From positions 1 through 64,000 of the forward strand of contig JBDHHQ010000005.1 in NCBI GenBank assembly GCA_039589315.1: 64,000 nt of DNA. The letters are read 5' to 3'. Positions within the stretch are counted from its first letter, which is position 1. Every line of letters starts with the position of its first letter. The position numbers were made by a program, and so were the translations under genes. This document shows, piece by piece, positions 49,354-58,029 of the stretch. Under the pieces are notes generated by a model. That model was not told where the DNA came from. It saw only the letters and a program-made list of their open reading frames with translations, and did no database searches. Origin of the DNA: Gemmatimonadota bacterium (GTDB lineage Bacteria > Gemmatimonadota > Gemmatimonadetes > Longimicrobiales > Gaopeijiaceae).

Positions 49354-49710
49354 TGTGGTGCCGCAGGAGTCCTGTGCCCTCTAGCGCCCGATGCATCCAC
49401 ACCAGGACCCACTCGCGGCGCGAGGCGGTGCCCGCTGCGCCGCCTCGAATAGCGGTGCTGTCACCCGTCGCCGTGCCTTGCTGGGAGCGGAGCCCCGGCG
49501 CTCTCGGTGGTTACGGGACCTCCGAGGCACCACACCAGAAGGGGCGTCCACGCCGGTCTCCCGCACACCGGCGCGTCCGCTGTCGCCTCCAGTGGCGCAA
49601 GGAGGGCGCTCGCACAGCGTAGATCATACCGTGCGGGCCGCACCGTCGCAGCATCTTCGACGGGAGGCTCCAGCGGAGCGCTACGCACGTCGGACCTCTC
49701 GAGGAGCAAG

Positions 49711-50451
49711 ATGCGGCTGACACAACTCTGTGCACTGACGATCGTGACCGCCGGCCTCCTGGCGCGCCCGAGCGTGGGCCAGGAACTGGACGGCGGGACT
49801 ACGACGCGCATTCAGGGCGAGGTCCTGGACCTCGAGACGGGAGCTCCCCTCCCGGGCGCCTTCGTCGCCCCCCGTGGGCTCCGTACCGGATCTCTGGCGG
49901 ATTCGCTGGGACGCTTCGTGCTCCACCTGCCCTCGGCGCCGGTCCACTACCTCTACGTCGAGCGTCTGGGCTACGTGACCTCGGAGCTCGACGTCGGGGC
50001 CGTCGAGGGGGAGCGTCCGCTGCAGATCCTCCTGAGGCCGGACCCGGTTCTTCTGGATGGGATCGAGGTCCTGGCGAATCGCTGGGACCGCCGTCGGCGG
50101 TTTTTCGATGGATCGGTGCGGGTCTTCGAGCAGGCGGACCTGGTGCGGTCCGGCGCTATGGACATGCTCTCACTGGTGAAGTCCCGCGCCGGGGCCCACG
50201 TGCGGCGCTGTGGCCCCGGGGGGCTGGAGTTCTGCGTCTGGCGCCGTGGCCGCCTACGGAGAATGGACGTCTGCCTGGACGAGATGCACCTCTTCGACGG
50301 GGGTCGGGCCCTGGAGACATTCAGCCCGCAGGACTTCTACATGGTCGAGGTCTACGACCGGGGAATGCAGGTGCGGGTCTACACGGAGCACTTCGTGGCC
50401 CAGGCTGCCAGCAGGGGCCTGCCCGTGCGCCCCCTGGAGATGGGCTGCTAG
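49711..50451 (+). CDS. secreted carboxypeptidase-regulatory-like domain protein
   Basis: GAGGAG RBS; signal peptide; GEVLDLETGAPLPGA, DSLGRF, ERLGY; Cys-containing plug-like C-terminus. Confidence 0.75.
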   Translation: MRLTQLCALTIVTAGLLARPSVGQELDGGTTTRIQGEVLDLETGAPLPGAFVAPRGLRTGSLADSLGRFVLHLPSAPVHYLYVERLGYVTSELDVGAVEGERPLQILLRPDPVLLDGIEVLANRWDRRRRFFDGSVRVFEQADLVRSGAMDMLSLVKSRAGAHVRRCGPGGLEFCVWRRGRLRRMDVCLDEMHLFDGGRALETFSPQDFYMVEVYDRGMQVRVYTEHFVAQAASRGLPVRPLEMGC

Positions 50452-50488
50452 CTTCACGCCGGGTGGGGACCCCGGCGAGCGCGGCGCT

Positions 50489-51778
50489 CTAGACCCGCCG
50501 CCGTTTCCGCTTCAGGAAGTCCATCATGATGTACTGGCCCAACGTCACCGTCGACGTGAAGTAGGCCTTACCCCTGGCGATCTCGGAGACCTTCTTCACG
50601 AACCGGACCAGGTAGGGGTCTCGAGCCAGCATGAACGTGTTGATGAGCACGCCAGCCTTCCGACACGCCGCGACCTCCCGGTACGTGGCCTTGAGGATCG
50701 TCGGGTCGAGCCCGCCGGAGTTCGTGTAGACGCGGCCATCGGGAAGCGTGATGGCGCTGGGCTTCCCGTCCGTGATCATGATGATCTGCTGCATGTCCTT
50801 CTTCTGAGCGCGCAGCAGTCGTCTCGACAGCTCCAGGCCTTCGGCGGTGTTCGTGTGGTAAGGGCCTACCTGAGCCTGGGCCAGCTGGGACACGGGGATC
50901 TCCTCGGCGCGATCGCCAAAGGTGACGACCCGCAGGCTGTCTCCGGGGAACTGGGTGCGGATCAGGTGCGTGAGCGCCAGAGCCACCCGCTTCGCCGGCG
51001 TGAAGCGGTCCTCGCCGTACAACACCATGGAGTGGGAGACGTCCAACATGAGCACCGTCGCGCACGACGAGCGGTACTCGGTCTGGTGCACCATGAGATC
51101 GGAGTACTCCAGCTTCAGCGGGACGGTCAGCCCCTCTCGCTCGATGGCAGACTTCAGCGTGGCGGGAATGTCCAGGTTGAGGGTGTCGCCGAACTCGTAG
51201 GGGCGGCTCGCGGAGTCGGCCGCCACCCCGGTGGCGAGCTCCGGAGTGTCATGCGATCCGAAGTTGGCCCTGCCGATGGCACCCAGGAGGTTCCGGAGAG
51301 CCCGGTATCCCAGGAAGTCCATGCCCTTGCTGGTCAGGTTGAACTGGACCTGCTGGGCGGCTTCCTTGGCCTCGTCGATCTTGCCCTGTCCCGTGACATC
51401 ATACGTCATGCCCGGCAAGCTGGGCTGACCACCCTCCAGGGTGATGTAGCCTTCTTCCACCATCTTCTGGATCAGCTGGTCCAGCAGCTCGGCGATCTGG
51501 CGCTGCACGTCGGCACGGCCCTCGCCCTCGCCCCGTAGCTCGTCGACCATCTCGGGGGTCAGCTGGCCGCTCTTGAGGAGGGCCTCCAGCAGCGCCTTCT
51601 TGAGGGCATCCACCGAGTCGTCTGCCTCGAGCCCGGACCATCCCCAATAGGGATGGAAGTGGGGCCCGCCCGCGAAGCCGCCGTTGAGCAGGAAGTCCGA
51701 AAGCTGCTCCATGAGGCTCTCGAGATTCAGGGCATCGAGCCAGCGACCCTTGTACTTGGTGTAGGTGGTGAACCGCAC
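50489..51778 (-). CDS. VWA domain-containing protein (partner of Mg-chelatase-like AAA+ ATPases)
   Basis: YEFGD, MIDAS DVSHS, PYHTNT, MITDGKPSA; GTG 51778 after GGGAG. Confidence 0.88.
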   Translation of the reverse strand: MRFTTYTKYKGRWLDALNLESLMEQLSDFLLNGGFAGGPHFHPYWGWSGLEADDSVDALKKALLEALLKSGQLTPEMVDELRGEGEGRADVQRQIAELLDQLIQKMVEEGYITLEGGQPSLPGMTYDVTGQGKIDEAKEAAQQVQFNLTSKGMDFLGYRALRNLLGAIGRANFGSHDTPELATGVAADSASRPYEFGDTLNLDIPATLKSAIEREGLTVPLKLEYSDLMVHQTEYRSSCATVLMLDVSHSMVLYGEDRFTPAKRVALALTHLIRTQFPGDSLRVVTFGDRAEEIPVSQLAQAQVGPYHTNTAEGLELSRRLLRAQKKDMQQIIMITDGKPSAITLPDGRVYTNSGGLDPTILKATYREVAACRKAGVLINTFMLARDPYLVRFVKKVSEIARGKAYFTSTVTLGQYIMMDFLKRKRRRV

Positions 51779-51895
51779 TGAGAAGCTCCCGGGTGGGCGT
51801 GTGCCGTCTCGGACCAGTCTAGCGTGCTCGGCCCGTTGGCGCACCGGCCGCGAAGATCGCTGCGCTGCCGAGCGGACAGCCTTAGGTTGGGGCGC

Positions 51896-53032
51896 ATGAG
51901 CCCCCCTGCTCGTGGTCTCCGAACCAGGCTGCTCGCCCATTACGGGCGCACCCGCCGCGACCTCCCGTGGCGCCGGACCCGAGATCCCTACGCCATCTGG
52001 ATCTCGGAGATCATGCTGCAGCAGACCAGGGTCGAGTCCGTCATTCCCTACTACAGGCGCTGGATGGAGCGGTTCCCGGACGTGGCCGCGCTGGCGCGGG
52101 CGGATATGGACGATGTGCTCCACGCCTGGGTGGGGCTTGGGTACTACTCGCGCGCCCGGAACCTGCACCGCGCCGCGCGGGAGGTGCGGGACCGCTTCGG
52201 AGGTGATCTGCCGTCGGATCCCGCGGTGCTGCGGTCCCTCCCCGGCATCGGACCCTACAGCGCCGGAGCCATCGCCAGCATCGCCTTCGGTGTCGTGACG
52301 CCCGCTGTCGACGGCAACGTGAAGCGCGTCCTGGCCAGGCTCCTGGACTTGCCGGCGCCCACCGCCACCGAGCTGCGCCGCCACGCCGCGGCCCTGGTCG
52401 ATCCCCACCGGCCCGGCGACTTCAACCAGGCGTTGATGGAGCTGGGAGCTACGATCTGCACACCGCGGTCGCCCGACTGCCCCGCGTGTCCGTTGCTGTC
52501 GGCTTGTGTCGCCCTGGCCCGTGGCACCGTTCTCCAGCGCCCCGAGCGAATGGTGCGACCGGCGGTCCCTCGCCGGGTTTTCGCGGTGGGTGTCGTCGTT
52601 GACGCGCATGGTCGTGTCCTGGTCCGGCGGCGCCCGGAGGAGGGGCTGTTGGGGGGACTGTGGGAGTTTCCCGCCATGGAGGTCGGCGGTGCCGATGGGG
52701 TCGAGGAAGGGAGTCGCCTCGCGGTGCGCAGTGCGACCGAGCCCTGGAGCAGTCACCTGGCCGGGAAGGCGCTCGATGCCGTCCACCATGCATTCACCCA
52801 CTTCCGGGCCAGCTATCACGCCTACCTCTTCGTCGCCGATGGGTCGATGCTCGAGACCGGGGAGGGGGTGGGTCGGTGGTTCTCACCGGAAGGGTTGGAC
52901 GGCCTCGCGCTGCCCGTAGCGCAGCGGAGGATCTGGGTCCGGGCCAGGCGGGCGCTCTCCGACGCACGCGTACAGGCGGCCTTCGCGCACTCCCTGCGAG
53001 GGCCTCTCGTCAACGGGAGCGTCCAGGGATGA
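51896..53032 (+). CDS. mutY: A/G-specific adenine glycosylase
   Basis: RDLPWR, SEIMLQQT, GLGYYSRARNL, HhH LPGIGPYSAGAI, VDGNV, CX6CX2CX5C, GGLWEFP. Confidence 0.95.
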   Translation: MSPPARGLRTRLLAHYGRTRRDLPWRRTRDPYAIWISEIMLQQTRVESVIPYYRRWMERFPDVAALARADMDDVLHAWVGLGYYSRARNLHRAAREVRDRFGGDLPSDPAVLRSLPGIGPYSAGAIASIAFGVVTPAVDGNVKRVLARLLDLPAPTATELRRHAAALVDPHRPGDFNQALMELGATICTPRSPDCPACPLLSACVALARGTVLQRPERMVRPAVPRRVFAVGVVVDAHGRVLVRRRPEEGLLGGLWEFPAMEVGGADGVEEGSRLAVRSATEPWSSHLAGKALDAVHHAFTHFRASYHAYLFVADGSMLETGEGVGRWFSPEGLDGLALPVAQRRIWVRARRALSDARVQAAFAHSLRGPLVNGSVQG

Positions 53033-54840
53033 AGCACGTCATCCGAGGGCGCCACGGCACAGTGACCAGGGCCGGTCTCTACCTCGTCGTGGCCGCTGTC
53101 GCCGTGACTGTCGTCCTCCTGCAGGGGGTTCGATTGGGACTGCCCGCATACAGCTGGATGTTCGTGGGGGGAGTCGCGCTGCTCGGGCTTCCGCTGGTGT
53201 TGAGGCGGGCAAGGCCGAAGGCGAAGGCGAAACCACTGCCGTCCGCACCGCGGCAGAGGGCACCTCGTCCGAAGGGTGCGGACACTGGGGCCGGGGGCAG
53301 CGCGACGGCCGGTCCCCGCCCCCAGGGAACCGCGGGAGCGGGAGGGGCGGCGGCGGCCGCCACGCTCGCCTCCCAGCCCGAGCGGCCCCCGGCCCGGTCT
53401 CGCGCCGTCCTGGTCCTTCCCATGACCATCGGGGGCACGGACCCGTTTATCGATTACCTGGCGGAAGGCGTCGCCGAGGCGGTGCTCCTGGGGTTGGCCG
53501 GCCTCGAGGGCGCCCGTGTCCTCGCGAGGGACTCGGCGTTCTCGTTCAAGTTCAAGGACGTCCCGGCGGCCGAGGCGGGCGGCGAGATCGGCGCCGGATT
53601 CGTACTGGAAGGTCGCATCGGTAAAGATGGTGAGAGGCTGACCGTCACAGCCCGTCTGGTTCGCGCCTCCAACGGCCAACCAGCGTGGTCCGGCAAGCTG
53701 GAGGGCAAGCTGGAGACGGTATCGGAGATGGAAGTCGCGCTGATCCGGGCGGTGGCCGAGGCGGTCGGGCTCCCCATCCCCCCGAACGGCTCGCCGCTGT
53801 CCCCGGGACGACGGAGTCGGTCGGGGGAAGCACACCGAGCCTATCTGCAGGGCCGCTACGACTGGCACCGTGGCGGCGAGGGATACCAGCGGGCGGCCCC
53901 TTCCTTCGAGCAGGCGGTGCGAGCGGACGAGCGCTTCGCCCTGGCCCTCGCCGGTCGTGCCGAGAACCAGGTGCTGCAGGCCTTCTACGGCTACGTCGAA
54001 CCGCGGTCGGCCTTCAAGCGCGCCCGCGAGTCGGCCGAGGCCGCCCTGGGGTTGGACGATGCCCTCCCCGAGGCCTGGAGCGCGCTCGGGTGTGCCCGGA
54101 TGTTCCGCGACTGGGACTGGCGCGGCGCGGAAGACGCGTTTCGGCGTGCCATCGGGATCAACCCCGCCGTCGTGACGGCCAGATTCTGGGCGGGCATGAA
54201 CCGGGGGCTGTCGGGACACCCCGTGGACTGGATCCGGCACTGCGTCACCGGATTCCGCCTGGATCCCCGCTCCGTCCTCGCCCATTGCCATGTGGGCTGG
54301 GCGCTTCTGGGTGCCCGGATCTACGGGAAGGCGCGAGAGGTTCTCGACCAGGCCGTCGAGCTCGATCCGGACTTCGGCTTCGCCTACTGGCTGAGAGGAC
54401 GTGCCCGGGCGTACGCGGGCGACATCGATGGCGGCCTGGTCGACCTGATCGAGAGCGCCAAGCGCACCAAGGTCAATCCGATCGCAGTGGCCAGCCTGGG
54501 CTACGTGGTCGGAAGGAGCGGCAACGCCAACCGGGCCGAGCGCCACCTCCAGGACCTGGCTTCGGGCCCGGCAGGGTGGCGGTGGATCCTGCCCACCCAG
54601 CTGGCCACGATCGAGCTGGGACTGGGCCGGCAGGCGGAGGCCCTGAAGGGCTTGCAGAGCGCTCTGGAGGTCCAGGACATCTGGCTGCCGCAGACGCTTC
54701 GACGGCCGGAGTGGGACCCCCTGCGTCGGGAGCCTGCCTTCCAGGCGGTGCTGAAGGGGGCCGGCCTGGAGGAGATCCCACGCTCTCGGTACGAGCAGGC
54801 TCGCGCGATGATGGGGGTGGCACGTCCACAAGGCAGGTGA
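53029..54840 (+). CDS. membrane-anchored TolB-like + TPR protein
   Basis: ATGA-coupled to mutY; two TM helices, Pro/Ala linker, VLVLP...YLAEGVAE...RVLARDSAF, TPR repeats, WDPLRREPAF. Confidence 0.75.
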   Translation: MKHVIRGRHGTVTRAGLYLVVAAVAVTVVLLQGVRLGLPAYSWMFVGGVALLGLPLVLRRARPKAKAKPLPSAPRQRAPRPKGADTGAGGSATAGPRPQGTAGAGGAAAAATLASQPERPPARSRAVLVLPMTIGGTDPFIDYLAEGVAEAVLLGLAGLEGARVLARDSAFSFKFKDVPAAEAGGEIGAGFVLEGRIGKDGERLTVTARLVRASNGQPAWSGKLEGKLETVSEMEVALIRAVAEAVGLPIPPNGSPLSPGRRSRSGEAHRAYLQGRYDWHRGGEGYQRAAPSFEQAVRADERFALALAGRAENQVLQAFYGYVEPRSAFKRARESAEAALGLDDALPEAWSALGCARMFRDWDWRGAEDAFRRAIGINPAVVTARFWAGMNRGLSGHPVDWIRHCVTGFRLDPRSVLAHCHVGWALLGARIYGKAREVLDQAVELDPDFGFAYWLRGRARAYAGDIDGGLVDLIESAKRTKVNPIAVASLGYVVGRSGNANRAERHLQDLASGPAGWRWILPTQLATIELGLGRQAEALKGLQSALEVQDIWLPQTLRRPEWDPLRREPAFQAVLKGAGLEEIPRSRYEQARAMMGVARPQGR

Positions 54841-54886
54841 ACAGGCGCCTCTGACGCATGCCGGCGGGCCGGGCCCTACGGGTGCG

Positions 54887-56266
54887 TCAGAACTGCGAGG
54901 GCATCTGGAACGGCAGTAGGGTGGATTCCGCCGTGCTGTCAACGTAGACGACGGCGTCGAACATGTCCGGCAGCGGGTCGGTCCTCAGGAAGTAAAGCCC
55001 CGGGTCCTCGGGCTCGTACACGGATCCCACGCTCCGGAACCAGAGCGGCACGGCCAGCCAGTCTCCCTGGCCCGGTGAAAGATCCAACGCTCTCAGGTCC
55101 AGGGCGAAGAAGGGTATCTCGGCCGCCGTGAAGCGATACTCGTAGCTGCCGGACGGCGGTGAGCCGACTTGCTGCTTCTCGATGCCGCGGAATTCTCCGT
55201 TCAACAACCGGGTGATGGCGTTGAAGGAACCCTGTCCGAAGGACAGGCCGATGGACAAGTAGTCGTCTCCCAGAGCGTCCTGCAGCAGATCTCCCTGCCA
55301 GTTCTCGAGGTAGCTCACGTGGAGGTTGTGGGCCCACATCACGACCTTCGCGTCCGGGCCCGCCTGGTCGAGGAGCCAGAGCAGGTTCTCTGCCATCAGT
55401 TGGTCTCGGTCGCCCCCGAAGCGGAGGCTCTCCTTGGCTTCCCACTGCAGAACGAGCCGGACGTCTTGCTCAGCCTTGGCGAATCCGTCGACGGACGCGC
55501 TTTCTTCCAGCTGCGCCCGGTTCCGCTCGAGGAAGGCCTCGACCTCTTCGACGCCGGCCCGACAGTCGTTTCGCTCCGGGGTCGGCTCGACGAGCCACCG
55601 GTCGCGGCTGGCCTGGCCGTCGGGCCCGTTGAGGTACTCGCGCATGCAATCGAAGCGGCTGGCCGCCCAAGCTGCGCTGTCCGCTGCGTGGTCCTGGAAG
55701 AAGGCCTCCGTGTTGGCCACGGCCATCCCGGGGAACTGCATGTCGAATCCCGTGAAGGAAACGGTCGGGGCACCACCAGGGGCCGCGTTGTGCTGCCTCA
55801 TCCACCCGATCATGTCCAGCACTTCCTGCGTGTTCCAGGTCCAGAAGTACAGGCCCGAAAGGAGCTCGACCGGATTCCCGAGTCCCCCCTTGACATACCG
55901 GTCGATGCGCACCGACTCGGGCATGCTGGCTTCGATGGCGAAGACGTTGAAGCCCATCTCCTGGACGAGGAACCGGAGCAGCCGGTGCTTCATCTGGAAG
56001 AACTCCCGCGAGCCGTGAGTGGCCTCGCCTAGCGCCACGACCCGGGCGTCGCCGATGAGCTCCTTGAGCGGCTCCAGATCGGTGAAGGACCTCGTGGGCG
56101 TGGCCGTGGAGATGGCAATGGCGTTGCCCTGGAGCCAGGAGACCACGGTCTCGGGAACCGGTGGCGGGTTGATCTCGTCGATGGGTATCGGTCCGACGAA
56201 TCCATCGTCGCACCCGAAGAGCAGACCCGCGTACAACAGGACCACGGACAGAGCAGCGACCTTCAT
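54887..56266 (-). CDS. erythromycin esterase (Ere/Bcr) family lipoprotein
   Basis: Lipobox LFGC; VALGEATHGSREFF, FAIEAS, FTGFDMQ, RDQLMAEN, WAHNLH, FDAVVYV. Confidence 0.88.
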   Translation of the reverse strand: MKVAALSVVLLYAGLLFGCDDGFVGPIPIDEINPPPVPETVVSWLQGNAIAISTATPTRSFTDLEPLKELIGDARVVALGEATHGSREFFQMKHRLLRFLVQEMGFNVFAIEASMPESVRIDRYVKGGLGNPVELLSGLYFWTWNTQEVLDMIGWMRQHNAAPGGAPTVSFTGFDMQFPGMAVANTEAFFQDHAADSAAWAASRFDCMREYLNGPDGQASRDRWLVEPTPERNDCRAGVEEVEAFLERNRAQLEESASVDGFAKAEQDVRLVLQWEAKESLRFGGDRDQLMAENLLWLLDQAGPDAKVVMWAHNLHVSYLENWQGDLLQDALGDDYLSIGLSFGQGSFNAITRLLNGEFRGIEKQQVGSPPSGSYEYRFTAAEIPFFALDLRALDLSPGQGDWLAVPLWFRSVGSVYEPEDPGLYFLRTDPLPDMFDAVVYVDSTAESTLLPFQMPSQF

Positions 56267-56306
56267 CGTGCGATCTCTCTCGGGGCCGGTCCCACGACCA
56301 CCCGGT

Positions 56307-57773
56307 TCAGGCATTGAAGGGGTCGAATCCCTGCAGCCCCTGCTTGCCGGGACTCTCGTGCCTGGATCTCTGGTAGCCGCCGGCGTCGGAGCGGCTGATC
56401 CGCCGCTCGGCCACCAGGGCCTCCAGCACGAGCTCGCAGGCCGCGGCACGGACCCCCGGCGCCGCGGCAGCCGAGGCCAGGCCCACCTGCTCCACCACGT
56501 CGAGCAGCCCGGGCACGGTCTGGAACCCCTGGACGCACGCCTCGGCCGACGCATCCGGCGAGACCTGAAGGGCCCCGCCCGTCTCGAAGTACTCGACCAC
56601 GTCTTCGACGTCGGCTCCACCGGCACGGTTGTTGAACGTCATCCCCGCGGCTTTGGCGATGAGCTCCGAGGCGATGCGCTCGCTACCGTGCAGCTCCCCC
56701 TCGTACTCCAGCTCCATCTTGCCGGTGATGGCCGGAAGCGCGGCGTATATGTCGCCGATCCTGGGAACCACGGGAGCCTCGTCGAGGAGGAGGGCACGCC
56801 GCTCCGCGTTGGACACCATGCTCTCCGTGACCGAGATCGGCATGCGCTGACTCACCCCGGAGCGCTGATCCACGCGGCTGTCGGCGCGCGCGAGGAACGC
56901 TACCTGCTCCACGAGCTCGGCCACGAAGTCGGGCACCTCCACGTCCAATCCGGTGCCGTCGCGCTGCACCCACGCCTCCTGCGACGTGATGGAGACGCCG
57001 GTTCCCACGTCCTGAGGGTAGTGGGTCTGGATCTCGGCGCCGATGCGGTCCTTGAGGGGGGTGATGATCTTGCCTCGGGCCGTGTAATCCTCGGGGTTCG
57101 CGGTGAACACCATCATGACGTTGAGGGGCAGCCGGATGGGGTATCCTTTGACCTGCACGTCCCCTTCCTGGAGGATGTTGAAGAGCCCCACCTGGATCTT
57201 GCCGGCCAGATCGGGTAGCTCGTTGATCGCGAAGACGCCACGGTTGGCTCTGGGCAGAAGGCCGTAGTGGATGGTGAGCTCGTCGGCCAGGATATGGCCG
57301 CCGCGGGCTGCCTTGATGGGGTCGACGTCACCGATGATGTCGGCGATGGTCACGTCCGGAGTGGCGAGCTTCTCGACGTAGCGGTGATCCCGGGGCACCC
57401 ACTCCACCGGCGCATCGTCGCCGTGCTCCTCGAGCAGGAGCCTGCCGTACTTGGAGATGGGGTGGAAGGGATCGTCGTTGATCTCGGAGCCCTGGAGAAT
57501 CGGTATCTCCGGGTCCAGCAGATCGACGAGTTGCCGGAGGATTCGGCTCTTGGCCTGGCCCCGGAGCCCCAACAGGATGAAGTCGTGACGCGCCAGGACA
57601 GCGTTCACGATCTGGGGGATCACCGAGTCCTCGTAGCCCACGATCCCGGGAAACAGGGATTCCTGCCCACGCAACTTCCCCACCAAGTTCGCCCGCATCT
57701 CGTCCTTGACGGGGCGGCTCACGTATCCTGCGGCCCGAAGGTCGCCGACGGTCGCGGGCATCGATCCAGCCAT
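56307..57773 (-). CDS. magnesium-chelatase-subunit-I-like AAA+ ATPase
   Basis: Walker A GLRGQAKS, EKLATPD, PRANRG, NELPDL, TANPEDYT.RG.IITPLKDR, SGVSQR. Confidence 0.88.
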   Translation of the reverse strand: MAGSMPATVGDLRAAGYVSRPVKDEMRANLVGKLRGQESLFPGIVGYEDSVIPQIVNAVLARHDFILLGLRGQAKSRILRQLVDLLDPEIPILQGSEINDDPFHPISKYGRLLLEEHGDDAPVEWVPRDHRYVEKLATPDVTIADIIGDVDPIKAARGGHILADELTIHYGLLPRANRGVFAINELPDLAGKIQVGLFNILQEGDVQVKGYPIRLPLNVMMVFTANPEDYTARGKIITPLKDRIGAEIQTHYPQDVGTGVSITSQEAWVQRDGTGLDVEVPDFVAELVEQVAFLARADSRVDQRSGVSQRMPISVTESMVSNAERRALLLDEAPVVPRIGDIYAALPAITGKMELEYEGELHGSERIASELIAKAAGMTFNNRAGGADVEDVVEYFETGGALQVSPDASAEACVQGFQTVPGLLDVVEQVGLASAAAAPGVRAAACELVLEALVAERRISRSDAGGYQRSRHESPGKQGLQGFDPFNA

Positions 57774-58029
57774 GATATTCCCAATCCCGGCCGTTACGGC
57801 CGGTTCGTGTCCGAGTAGTGGCCGTCCGATCACGGGTAGGCTCGGCGGTCTTTCTCGCCGTTGCCTGGTCCCGGATGCGGCGAGGTTGGGACGCTTGCTT
57901 CCACGGGCTGTTCGAACCGGAGGCCTGGATCCCCCGTCAGGGATCCGGAGGCAAAGCAATGGGTACCCCGTGCCCGGAGTCCTGATCCACGAAGCCGACC
58001 CCACGCACCAGCGATCCTCGAGGAGCAGC

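Noticed and set aside
49421..49447. GC hairpins here, at 14400-14424 and at 57925-57948 as a REP/MITE family or terminators
   Set aside because: No convincing shared sequence and no U-tracts; compatible with chance or generic stabilising stems
52822..54942. Long antisense or alternate-frame ORFs (e.g. 706 aa here, 541-1950, 33834-35681, 47257-48670, 43855-45546)
   Set aside because: Arg/Pro/Gly-rich shadow frames overlapping well-supported genes; expected at high GC
43813..56266. Antibiotic-resistance island (vgb-like, MATE, ere-like)
   Set aside because: Genes are dispersed among housekeeping genes, two are exported, and there are no mobile elements or visible composition shift
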